64,000 bases of DNA from assembly GCA_963735205.1 (NCBI GenBank), contig CAVTKB010000009.1, positions 488,942 to 552,941 of the forward strand, in the 5' to 3' direction. Below are positions 16,366-24,699 of the stretch, piece by piece (within the stretch, counting starts at the first letter, position 1; each line of letters starts with the position of its first letter). This DNA comes from an uncultured Acidobacteriota bacterium. Lineage in GTDB: Bacteria; Acidobacteriota; Terriglobia; Terriglobales; Acidobacteriaceae. Under the pieces are notes generated by a model. The model made no database searches. It was not told where the DNA came from and was given only the letters and a program-made list of their open reading frames with translations. Position numbers and translations under genes: made by a program.

Positions 16366-18687
16366 TCAGAACTGAAAGGCCAACCCAGCGGTCGGCGTAA
16401 TCGGCAAGCCCTGCAAAGTCTTCACCTGCGCCTGCCCCGTATTCGGATCGACGCCGGAAGTGTAGGCGTAGCGGGCGTTGTAGTGGTTGGTCAGATTTAA
16501 CACCTCGCCGTAAAGTGTCACCTTCCAGTGCGTGAAGGCCCGATCCTTGTCGGCGCGCAGATCGAGCCGGTCATAATTCCCCAGCCGGGTTGAGTTCAGT
16601 CCGACCGGCACATATTGATCGCTGACCAGAACGAACGATCCGCTGGGGATGGGATATCCCGACCCATAGAGCCACTTGCCACTCAAGTTCAGGCTGGGCC
16701 GCAAGCGATATGTCGCAAAAATGTTCAGAGAATTCCGCTGGTCCTCCAGCGTTGGAAAGTAGCCGGTGTTGAAGAAAATCGTCGGCTGACCGTCGACGAG
16801 ATATGGCGGCGTGACCTGGTACTGCCGCTCGCGCGCCCGCACCAACGTATACCCCAGCCAACCGGACAGCCGGTTCGCACTCCGCCGCTGCACCACCAAC
16901 TGCACGCCCTGCGAGTAGTCGCGCTGGTAGGTGCTGCCGGAAAACGCCTGCAGAACAGCGCACGGATTGGAACTCAGTTGCGCCGGCGCAACGGCTCCGA
17001 ACATGTCGAAGTCTTTTCGCTGGAAAGCCTCCAGACGGATTCGCGTATTCTCTCCGAATCTTTGCTCCAAAGCCGCTGAGTAGTGGTTCGATATGGGCGG
17101 CAACACTCCTTCGTCAACGCAGGCTCCGGGTGGCGCGTCGAAGACGTCGTCAGTGAATTGCGTGTAGCGGCCTGCGCTCAACTGGATTTCGGTGGCATGA
17201 GCAACCCGAACCGCTGCCGAACCCTGCGGCGAAAACCGCTGCTGCAAAAACGCCTGCGAACGATCCCATCGCACGCTGCCCAGTAAGTGCACCCGTCCGT
17301 TCAGCAGCGACCCCGACTCCTGCGCATATGCCGTCTGTCGAACGCCGGTTTCCCGAAAGTCATCGCCACCCTCTAGCCTGCCCGTCGTGGGATCGTAAAA
17401 ACCGCTGGAGAAGCCAGTCAGCAGATGCCGCACCGTCCATCCCGCTTCCAGAACGCTGTCTCGGAACCAATTCCAGGTCATGCCGGTTCCGCCCACCCAC
17501 TCCCGATAGTCGGAAGTGTTGAGAATCTGGTTGGCGGTGTTGCGCAAGTCCTCCGGCTCGCGAAAAAATGCGCCGTGCGCCTCGAACAAAAGGTGGGGGC
17601 TCAGGCTCCATCGCCATCCCATTCGCGCCAGGGCGAAGTCGCTTTTTCCGCTGGCATAGTCGTCAATGGTCAAGGCGGCGGGGTCGGTCATGGTCATATC
17701 CGTGTGCCCGTCCGTGGCGAAGAAGCTCAAGTTCTGTCGTGGCGTTAGGTCGTAGTTCAATTTCAGATCGCCGTCATAGAAGCCGACGTCAGCACCGTTC
17801 TGCACGCGGTTCTGCACGAGATAATTGATATAGCTCTTACGCGCCGAGACCAGCCACGATCCTTTCTGTCCACTGCCCAGGCCACCCTCGCCGAGAATTT
17901 CGCTGGCTGCGATGCCGGCCGTAAGCCGGAACAGCGGCGCACCCCGGCTGCCTTCGCGCGTGCGAACATCGAGTGCCGCGCCGGTAGCGTCGCCGAATTT
18001 TTCGGGGTACGCCGCGGGCAGCAACTTCATCTCCTCGACCACTTCGCTGGTCAGCACGCCCAGTGACGCGCCTTGCGCGGAGTTGCCGATTTCATGGAAT
18101 GGGCTGGGCACCAGAACGTCATCGATATAAATCGGGACGGTCGTGAACGGCGCGCCCATCACCGAAAACTCCGCAAAGAATTCGTTGTTACCCTCCGCCG
18201 AAACCCCCGGCAGACTCTGGACCGCGCGAAAAGGATCGTCTGCAAACACGGTGGATGTCTCGCGAATCTCAGTGCTGGTCAGCGTGGTTTCGACCGTGGC
18301 GGGCGAATCGCCGCCTTGAAATACGTCACCGCGCACTTCCACCTTGTCGATGTGGTGGAAATTGTCAGGCACCATGGTGATGGAAAAGTCTTTCACGTCT
18401 GTGGCAGCCGCCAGCGTGAAGGGAATCGTCAGCAGTCGGTAGCCCACGGCGTTGAGCCGCAGCGTATAGCCGCCAGGTGCGAGATTGGGCAGATCGAACT
18501 CACCGGTGATCGACGTAACCACGCTGGTCTTCGTGCCGGTTCTTGCGCCGGTCGTGGTTTCCAGCACCACCACATCGACGCGCCCCAGCGCTTCGCCGCC
18601 CACGGCGTTCGTGACTTTGCCCTTAATTTCAGCGGCCTGAGCTGCAGCCACGACGAGCAGAACAACAGCGAACAGACGAAGGCGCAT
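16366..18687 (-). CDS. TonB-dependent receptor with carboxypeptidase-regulatory-like domain
   Basis: Signal peptide 'MRLRLFAVVLLVVAAAQA', CarboxypepD_reg-like 'GGYTLRLNAVGY', a plug region, and a barrel ending 'GLAFQF'. Confidence 0.85.
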   Translation of the reverse strand: MRLRLFAVVLLVVAAAQAAEIKGKVTNAVGGEALGRVDVVVLETTTGARTGTKTSVVTSITGEFDLPNLAPGGYTLRLNAVGYRLLTIPFTLAAATDVKDFSITMVPDNFHHIDKVEVRGDVFQGGDSPATVETTLTSTEIRETSTVFADDPFRAVQSLPGVSAEGNNEFFAEFSVMGAPFTTVPIYIDDVLVPSPFHEIGNSAQGASLGVLTSEVVEEMKLLPAAYPEKFGDATGAALDVRTREGSRGAPLFRLTAGIAASEILGEGGLGSGQKGSWLVSARKSYINYLVQNRVQNGADVGFYDGDLKLNYDLTPRQNLSFFATDGHTDMTMTDPAALTIDDYASGKSDFALARMGWRWSLSPHLLFEAHGAFFREPEDLRNTANQILNTSDYREWVGGTGMTWNWFRDSVLEAGWTVRHLLTGFSSGFYDPTTGRLEGGDDFRETGVRQTAYAQESGSLLNGRVHLLGSVRWDRSQAFLQQRFSPQGSAAVRVAHATEIQLSAGRYTQFTDDVFDAPPGACVDEGVLPPISNHYSAALEQRFGENTRIRLEAFQRKDFDMFGAVAPAQLSSNPCAVLQAFSGSTYQRDYSQGVQLVVQRRSANRLSGWLGYTLVRARERQYQVTPPYLVDGQPTIFFNTGYFPTLEDQRNSLNIFATYRLRPSLNLSGKWLYGSGYPIPSGSFVLVSDQYVPVGLNSTRLGNYDRLDLRADKDRAFTHWKVTLYGEVLNLTNHYNARYAYTSGVDPNTGQAQVKTLQGLPITPTAGLAFQF

Positions 18688-18913
18688 GCGACTCCGGGGC
18701 AGGGGTGGTGGACATTTTATCCGACAAGAGAACGACCGCCACTACACTTCTTGCGCGTGTCCAGGAACTGGACAGCCTAATCTCGAGCGCAAGTCCTTCG
18801 CGGTCGACCGCCAGCGTCGCGCGGTTACTCTCGGCTCGGAGCTCGCCGCTCGCAGCTCAGTGGTACACTTTTCCTTCACCCATCCTTGGCGCTTGCCCGG
18901 AGTTCGCTCCCCA

Positions 18914-19576
18914 ATGTCTGAAACTCAAATGCCCACCCCACGCACCCGTGTGGTCCGAGAACCCCATCGCGCCGCCTACGATCGCGAAACGGTGTACCAG
19001 ATCCTCGACGAAGGTTTTCTCTGCCACGTCGGATTCGCCGTCGAGGGCCAGCCCTTCGTCATCCCAACCTCTTACGGCCGCAGAGATTCGAACCTTTACA
19101 TTCACGGCTCCGCCGCCAGCCGCATGTTGCGCCAGACACAGAAAGAAGCCGTGACGGTCTGCATCACCGTAACTCTGCTCGACGGGCTCGTGCTCGCCCG
19201 GTCCATTTTCAATCACTCCATGAACTATCGCTCGGTCGTAATCCTCGGAAAAGCCACGCTGGTCGACGATCCGCAAGAAAAGCTTGCAGCTCTGCGCGTT
19301 CTATCCGAACACATCCTCCCCGGCCGCTGGGACGACTCACGCCAACCGAACGACCGCGAACTCAAACAAACGTCCGTGCTGCGCGTGCCCATCGAAGAAT
19401 TCTCCGCGAAAGTCCGCACGGGCCCTGCCATCGACGACGAAGAAGACTACGCGTTTCCGACCTGGGCTGGAGTCGTCCCGCTGGAAATGGTCGCAGGTGC
19501 GCCGATTGACGACGCAAGATTACTGCCAGAAAAAGAAGCGCCGGAATACGCGAAACACTACGGGCGAAAGCGCTAG
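18914..19576 (+). CDS. pyridoxamine 5'-phosphate oxidase family (FMN-binding split-barrel) protein
   Basis: From ATG 18914: 'YDRETVYQILDEGFLCHVGFAVEGQPFVIPTSYGRRDSNLYIHGSAASRM', typical of this family. Confidence 0.7.
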   Translation: MSETQMPTPRTRVVREPHRAAYDRETVYQILDEGFLCHVGFAVEGQPFVIPTSYGRRDSNLYIHGSAASRMLRQTQKEAVTVCITVTLLDGLVLARSIFNHSMNYRSVVILGKATLVDDPQEKLAALRVLSEHILPGRWDDSRQPNDRELKQTSVLRVPIEEFSAKVRTGPAIDDEEDYAFPTWAGVVPLEMVAGAPIDDARLLPEKEAPEYAKHYGRKR

Positions 19577-19583
19577 GAAATGG

Positions 19584-19636
19584 CTTGACTGTCAAGGTAA
19601 AGACGACTATCTTTACTGTAAGGACAAATAGTAAAG
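19584..19636 (+). promoter_or_regulatory. candidate vapBC promoter with overlapping palindromes
   Basis: TTGACT (19585-90), 17-nt spacer, TATCTT (19608-13). The palindrome 'CTTGACtGTCAAG' overlaps the -35. The inverted repeat ctttact/agtaaag (19611-17 / 19630-36) abuts the ATG. Confidence 0.45.
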
Positions 19637-19888
19637 ATGAATAACTCCAGCACAATCAGCAGCAAAGGCCAGATCACTGTCCCGCAAGAGGTTCGGAAAC
19701 GCCTCGGACTGGAACCTGGCGATAGAGTGGAATTTGTGGTGGAGGAAGGCCACACCATGCTCCGGCCCGTCCGCTCGGAAGCCAACCCCTTCGAAAGGCT
19801 CATCGGGCTTGCGCAGCCGTTCCCTGGAGGGGAGGCAGGAATTAAAACTTGGATAGACGACATGCGCAGCGATAAAGACTACGAATGA
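19637..19888 (+). CDS. vapB: type II antitoxin, AbrB/SpoVT (VapB) family
   Basis: 'SSKGQITVPQEVRKRLGLEPGDRVEF' swapped-hairpin motif. 4-nt overlap with the PIN gene. Confidence 0.8.
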   Translation: MNNSSTISSKGQITVPQEVRKRLGLEPGDRVEFVVEEGHTMLRPVRSEANPFERLIGLAQPFPGGEAGIKTWIDDMRSDKDYE

Positions 19889-20298
19889 GGACGGCGCTTG
19901 ATACCAACATCCTCTCGCCCGTCTTGTCGGGAGCTCCTGAGGCCACAACGATCATCGCCGAGTTGTTAAGGCTGCATGCTCAGGGAGCGCTGGTGATAAG
20001 TGCTCCTGTATTCGTCGAGCTTTCGGCCATCCCCGGTCTCAATTTCGAGCGTACCGAAAAGGCCCTTACGAAGAGTTCGATCGCGGTTGACTTCGACCTT
20101 GGAGAAGATGTCTGGCGATTGGCGGCCAGCAGTTTTTCGGAGTATGCCGTTCGTCGTCGCCGTTCCGGTGGAGGTTCGCCCAAGCGTCTACTAGTAGACT
20201 TCGTGATCGCCTCGCATGCGCAGCTGAAAGCCGACCGCTTGATGACTCGTGACATCAGTCGCTATGCGACGGATTTTCCGAACCTGCGACTGATTTGA
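19885..20298 (+). CDS. vapC: type II toxin, PIN-domain ribonuclease VapC
   Basis: 'ALDTNIL' N-terminal acidic motif, about 137 aa, paired with an AbrB-type antitoxin. Confidence 0.8.
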   Translation: MRTALDTNILSPVLSGAPEATTIIAELLRLHAQGALVISAPVFVELSAIPGLNFERTEKALTKSSIAVDFDLGEDVWRLAASSFSEYAVRRRRSGGGSPKRLLVDFVIASHAQLKADRLMTRDISRYATDFPNLRLI

Positions 20299-20335
20299 AA
20301 ATTAAATTGGCGCCGAAAGCCACGAGGTCAGTTTT

Positions 20336-21307
20336 TCACGGCACCAGAAGCGACTTCCCCGCGATCCGAGCTTCCAGGTCGCGATGCGCTTGAGCCGCTT
20401 CCGCCAGCGGATACGTCTGCGCAATCCGCACTTTGAGTTTGCCGTCGGCGATCATCGCAAACAACGCGCCGGTCCTCGCCAGCAACTCTTCGCGCGTGGC
20501 CGTGAAGTGCGCCAGCGTCGTCCGCGCCATGTAGAGCGAACCTTTCTCCGACAGCTTCGCCGGATCGACCGGCGGCACCGGCCCGCTTGACATGCCGTAG
20601 AGCACGAGCATCCCGCGCAGCCGCATCACGTTCAGATTTTTCTCGAAGGTCGCCTTGCCCACGCCGTCAAACACCACGTCAACGCCCTTGCCGCCGGTCA
20701 GACGTTTCACTTCGGATTCGAAATCCTCACGCGTAAAAACGATCACTTCATCCGCCCCCGCTTCGCGCGCCAGCTTGGCTTTTTCCTCGCTCGATACCGT
20801 GCCAATCACCCGCGCTCCGATCGCCCGCGCCATCTGCACCAGCAGCAATCCCACGCCACCCGCCGCCGCGTGCACCAGTGCGGTCTCACCGGCTTTCAAT
20901 TTGTGCGCGTCGTTCGCCAGATAGTGTGCCGTTAGCCCGTGCATCATCGCCGCCGCAGCTTGCTGATCGGTCACAGCTGCGGGCACCGGAACCAGATGCT
21001 CCTCGGGCGCCACTACATACTCTGCATAAGACCCCAGAACTCCGCTCCACGCCACCCGGTCTCCAACCTTCACCGTCTTCGCGTGCGCGCCCACTTCCGT
21101 GACCACGCCCGCGCCTTCCTGCCCCGGAATAAACGGCAGCGGCGTCCGCAAACTGCCGTCGCGGAACTGCCCATCAATGGAGTTCACTCCGGCGGCGGAA
21201 ACTTTTACCACAGCCTCGTTCGGCTTCGGCCGCGGCACGGCGAAGTCGGTGAGTTCCATCACCTCTGGCCCGCCCGTATGTTGCACGCGAATCGCTTTCA
21301 TGGTCAT
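20336..21307 (-). CDS. qor: NADPH:quinone oxidoreductase (zinc-independent MDR family), paralog 1
   Basis: 'MKAIRVQHTGGPEVMEL...GVN..D...PGQEGAGVV...AAGGVGLLLVQMA'. Confidence 0.8.
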   Translation of the reverse strand: MTMKAIRVQHTGGPEVMELTDFAVPRPKPNEAVVKVSAAGVNSIDGQFRDGSLRTPLPFIPGQEGAGVVTEVGAHAKTVKVGDRVAWSGVLGSYAEYVVAPEEHLVPVPAAVTDQQAAAAMMHGLTAHYLANDAHKLKAGETALVHAAAGGVGLLLVQMARAIGARVIGTVSSEEKAKLAREAGADEVIVFTREDFESEVKRLTGGKGVDVVFDGVGKATFEKNLNVMRLRGMLVLYGMSSGPVPPVDPAKLSEKGSLYMARTTLAHFTATREELLARTGALFAMIADGKLKVRIAQTYPLAEAAQAHRDLEARIAGKSLLVP

Positions 21308-21332
21308 TGCTGTGAATGCTAACTCAAATCCT

Positions 21333-21461
21333 TGTCATCCTGAGGCGCGCCTTTTGCGCCGAAGAGCCTGCCCTGAGCGAAGTCGAAGGGACCTGTGCGT
21401 TTGCCGTTCGCGCCGATGTTGCCTGCGAATGCAGAGGTCCTTCGCTTCGCGAAGGATGACA
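21333..21461. repeat. inverted pair of the TGTCATCCTGAG...GGATGACA repeat family
   Basis: 'tgtcatcctgaggcgcgccttttgcgccgaag...gaagggacc' is followed by 'ggtccttcgcttcgcgaaggatgaca', between the two qor paralogs. Confidence 0.8.
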
Positions 21462-21497
21462 AATCTTGTGGATGACGCGCTGTGTTGAGATGCGCCA

Positions 21498-22466
21498 CTA
21501 CGGAATCAGCAATAATTTCCCCGTAGTTTTTCTTCCTTCCAACTCGCGATGCGCCCGCTGCGCCTCGGCTAGCGGATACGTATGCTCGATCCGCAATTTG
21601 AGCTTTCCCGCCGCCATCATGCCCAACACCGCGCCCGACCGCGCCACCAACTCTTCCCGCGTCGCGGTGTAATTTCCGAGCGAGGGCCGCGTCAGAAACA
21701 AAGATCCCTTCTGGGTCAGAATGATCGGATCAAACGGAGGCGCCGCCCCGCTCGACCCGCCAAACAGCACCATCATCCCGCGGGGACGCAACACATTCAG
21801 TCCCTTCTCGAACGTCGTCTTGCCCACCGAGTCGTAAACCACGTCGACGCCCTTGCCCCCGGTCAGTCGCTTTGTCTCGGTCTCGAAATCCGATTGCGTG
21901 TAAAGAATGACCTCATCCGCCCCAGCTTCGCGCGCCAGCTTCGCCTTCTCGTCGGTCGAAACCGTCGCAATCACGCGCACGCCAATGTTGTGCGCCATCT
22001 GCACCAGCAGCAATCCCACGCCGCCGGCTGCGGCGTGCACCAGCGACGTCTCGCCCCGCTTCAATGGATATGTGTCGTGCGAAAGATAATGCGCCGTCAT
22101 CCCCTGCAGCATCGCCCCCGCAGCCTGCTGATCGGTCACGCCCGCAGGAACTGGCACCAGGCGGTCCGCCGCCACGGCCGCATATTCGGCATACGACCCC
22201 AGCACACTGCACCAGGCTACGTGATCGCCAGCTTTAACCGACTTCACGTCGGCGCCGACCGCCGTCACCACGCCCGCGCCCTCCTGCCCGAGCACGAACG
22301 GCAGCGGGACTTTATATCTGCCCTCGCGGTTGTACACATCAATAAAGTTCACGCCCGAAGCGGCCAGCTTCACCACCGCTTCATTCGCCTTCGGCTCGGG
22401 AACCGGCAAGTCGACCAGTTCCATGGCCTCCGGCCCGCCAGGTTGTTTTATTTGAATGGCTTTCAT
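21498..22466 (-). CDS. qor: NADPH:quinone oxidoreductase, paralog 2
   Basis: From ATG 22466: 'MKAIQIKQPGGPEAMEL...'. Colinear with paralog 1, roughly two-thirds identical by eye. Confidence 0.8.
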   Translation of the reverse strand: MKAIQIKQPGGPEAMELVDLPVPEPKANEAVVKLAASGVNFIDVYNREGRYKVPLPFVLGQEGAGVVTAVGADVKSVKAGDHVAWCSVLGSYAEYAAVAADRLVPVPAGVTDQQAAGAMLQGMTAHYLSHDTYPLKRGETSLVHAAAGGVGLLLVQMAHNIGVRVIATVSTDEKAKLAREAGADEVILYTQSDFETETKRLTGGKGVDVVYDSVGKTTFEKGLNVLRPRGMMVLFGGSSGAAPPFDPIILTQKGSLFLTRPSLGNYTATREELVARSGAVLGMMAAGKLKLRIEHTYPLAEAQRAHRELEGRKTTGKLLLIP

Positions 22467-22506
22467 GTTGGGTTGGATTCCAGATTCTTGCACAGGGATT
22501 CGACAA

Positions 22507-22522
22507 GAGGCGAATTCGCCTC
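22507..22522. promoter_or_regulatory. perfect 16-bp palindrome GAGGCGAATTCGCCTC
   Basis: Lies about 40-55 nt upstream of the qor paralog 2 start and about 90 nt downstream of the winged-helix regulator stop. Operator or terminator stem. Confidence 0.3.
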
Positions 22523-22613
22523 GCCTCAAATTTCCCGAGCCAAGATTCAACGGTTTCAAGACTCGACTGTTTAATGCTGGAATGTCAAGGCGGGCTCGCT
22601 TAACCCAGACCTG

Positions 22614-23255
22614 TTAGGACTGTCGGGTCAGGGTTGTGGGTCGCGCTCTGCGGCGGACTTCGACTTTGTGTCGTTCAAGGCCGGCGGCGGCCATGACGGC
22701 CCGCCCGAACTCCTCCGCGGAAATCTTGAATACTTTCGCCGTCGCGGGCAACTCGTCGCTTTCCTCGTAGATGGGCGCTACCCAGCGGTAGCCTCGTCCA
22801 ACCACGGTCTGCAGATATCGCGGCTGCGCGGAATCATCTTCGAGGGCAATGCGTATTTTTCTGACGGCGGTATTGATTCCCTGTTCGACGTCGACGAAGA
22901 CGTCCGGCCCCCACAGCGTCTCGGCAATCTGCGCGCGCGTCACCAACTGCTGCGGGTTCTCGATCATGAACATCAGCAGTTGCAGCGGAAGACCTTCCAT
23001 TTTCAAAGGACGCCCGCTCCGCAGCAGCTGAAAGCGGCCAAAATCCAACTCGAAGTCGGCGAAGCGAACTCTCTTTCCAGACGAAACCAAGCATCGAACC
23101 CCGGAAGTCAAAGCAATTCTTGTCTGCCCCTGTGGCGCTGTCAAGCATTGTCGATGCGTCAGAAACTCGGCGAGGGAATCCGAAGACGCAACTCCTTTGC
23201 ATTCTTCGTTGCCGTCTTTCCCAACTTTGTACCGTGAGAAAAAATTTAGCCGCAC
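22614..23255 (-). CDS. winged-helix (OmpR/PhoB-type, Trans_reg_C) transcriptional regulator without receiver domain
   Basis: 'RFADFELDFGRFQLLRSGRPLKMEGLPLQLLMFMIENPQQLVTRAQIAETLWG...TAVRKIRIAL...LQTVVGRGYRW'. Start uncertain. Confidence 0.6.
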   Translation of the reverse strand: MRLNFFSRYKVGKDGNEECKGVASSDSLAEFLTHRQCLTAPQGQTRIALTSGVRCLVSSGKRVRFADFELDFGRFQLLRSGRPLKMEGLPLQLLMFMIENPQQLVTRAQIAETLWGPDVFVDVEQGINTAVRKIRIALEDDSAQPRYLQTVVGRGYRWVAPIYEESDELPATAKVFKISAEEFGRAVMAAAGLERHKVEVRRRARPTTLTRQS

Positions 23256-23381
23256 ATCATTCTTCAGATCAGTTGATACGGCTTCAGACCGTCTCCATGG
23301 ACCTTCTCTCCAGACGAATGCAAGATGACCTTACTTCCACGCCAGTCGGAAGGATTTTCCAGAGGAGCCCTAGAGGAGCCT

Positions 23382-23822
23382 ATGAGAACCAGATACCCGA
23401 AATACACAAAGCTGCTGATCGGATTGACTCTGACACTCTCCCCGCTGTTTGCGGGTGCTCAACTCACCAACACCGAAAAAATAACAACCCAGGTGCCGTT
23501 TGAATTCATAATCGCAGGCAAGGCCTTTCCCGCCGGAAGATGCATCGTGCAAAAAGCCAACGATAATGGCAGCATCCTGAAGGTCAGCAATGGCGACGCC
23601 AAGGTCACCTTTGCCGTAGCCTCGCCGGTCGAAACCGGCGGGAGCGCTTCACCCGACTACGCCTTGGTATTCCACCGGTACAGGGACCATTACTTCCTCT
23701 GGGGAATGAGGCTCGAGGGCTCGAGGATCGTTTATCGTCTGCCCGAGGGCAAGCTGGAAAAAGAACTACGCGCACAGATCGGTCCGGCCGAGGATAAGAT
23801 CCTGGTCTCGTCGTTGCAGTAA
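23382..23822 (+). CDS. hypothetical secreted protein (146 aa)
   Basis: GAGGAG Shine-Dalgarno plus ATG 23382. Signal peptide 'MRTRYPKYTKLLIGLTLTLSPLFAGA'. Confidence 0.55.
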   Translation: MRTRYPKYTKLLIGLTLTLSPLFAGAQLTNTEKITTQVPFEFIIAGKAFPAGRCIVQKANDNGSILKVSNGDAKVTFAVASPVETGGSASPDYALVFHRYRDHYFLWGMRLEGSRIVYRLPEGKLEKELRAQIGPAEDKILVSSLQ

Positions 23823-24160
23823 AGATGCGATAGAAACAGGGTCATAACCACAGCCAACGCGAGCAGGCGCACGCCAGCTCGAACCAGAAAGCTCGAACCA
23901 GAAGGTGCGGGAGTCTCAGGGGACGCTCCCGCACCCCAAAGGTCGTTACCCGACAGCCGGACTACGACAGCCGGCATCCAGCCCTTCGATCGCCGAGCCT
24001 TGCGGCAGCGGCAGCTGCTGCGCTACAGTCCTGGTTCTGATCACCCCCGTTCTGGTCACCCTAGTTTTTCTCGACGTCCTTCCGGTCACGAACGCTCTGC
24101 TGGACCCGACTGCCGCGTCAACTCTGCTAAACTGACTCGTCTTCCGCCAAGGAGCCTGTC

Positions 24161-24617
24161 ATGGCCCAGGAAACACAATCGTACGATCACCACGCTCGCT
24201 GGGATCCGCCGTTTCATTTCTTCGTTCTTCCCATTTTCGTGGTCGGGCTGATCCTGACCCTGATCCATTTCTTTGCGCATTTTGCGCATAGCGACTTTCG
24301 CGACAACTTGCACGCCTTCCTGCTGATCCTGCTGGCTGCCGCCCTCCTAACCCTGGTGTTCAAGGTACGTCTGTACTCGCTGAAGGTGCAGGATCGCGTA
24401 ATCCGTCTCCGAAGAACGGCTGCGCATGACCCAGCTCGCCCCCGAGCCGTTGCGCTCGCGCATTCCCGAGCTGACGGTCGATCAACTCTGCGGCCTGCGT
24501 TTCGCCTCCGACGCCGAAGTGGCCAAACTGGCCGAGCGCGCGCTGAACGAGAAGCTCTCCCGTAGCGACATCAAGAAGGCGATCAAGACCTGGCGTCCGG
24601 ATTATTGGCGGGTGTGA
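24161..24617 (+). pseudogene. frameshifted small two-TM protein gene (DUF6526-like by recollection)
   Basis: ORF 24161-24565 ('HHARWDPPFHFFVLP...KVQDRVIRL') and ORF 24426-24617 ('MTQLAP...LRFASDAEV...IKTWRPDYWRV') join into one protein if one C in 'ctcc' at 24407-24410 is removed, giving '...[13 protein letters not shown]...'. Confidence 0.6.
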
Positions 24618-24699
24618 GAGCTCGTCCAGGCGAGGTGGTGAAACATAGCCCTATCACTCCAGTCCCGGCCGACGAATCCTCAATGAGTGCTATCGGGAT

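Noticed and set aside
21582-22574. 330-aa + strand ORF
   Set aside because: Antisense to qor paralog 2. The product is Arg/His-rich nonsense.
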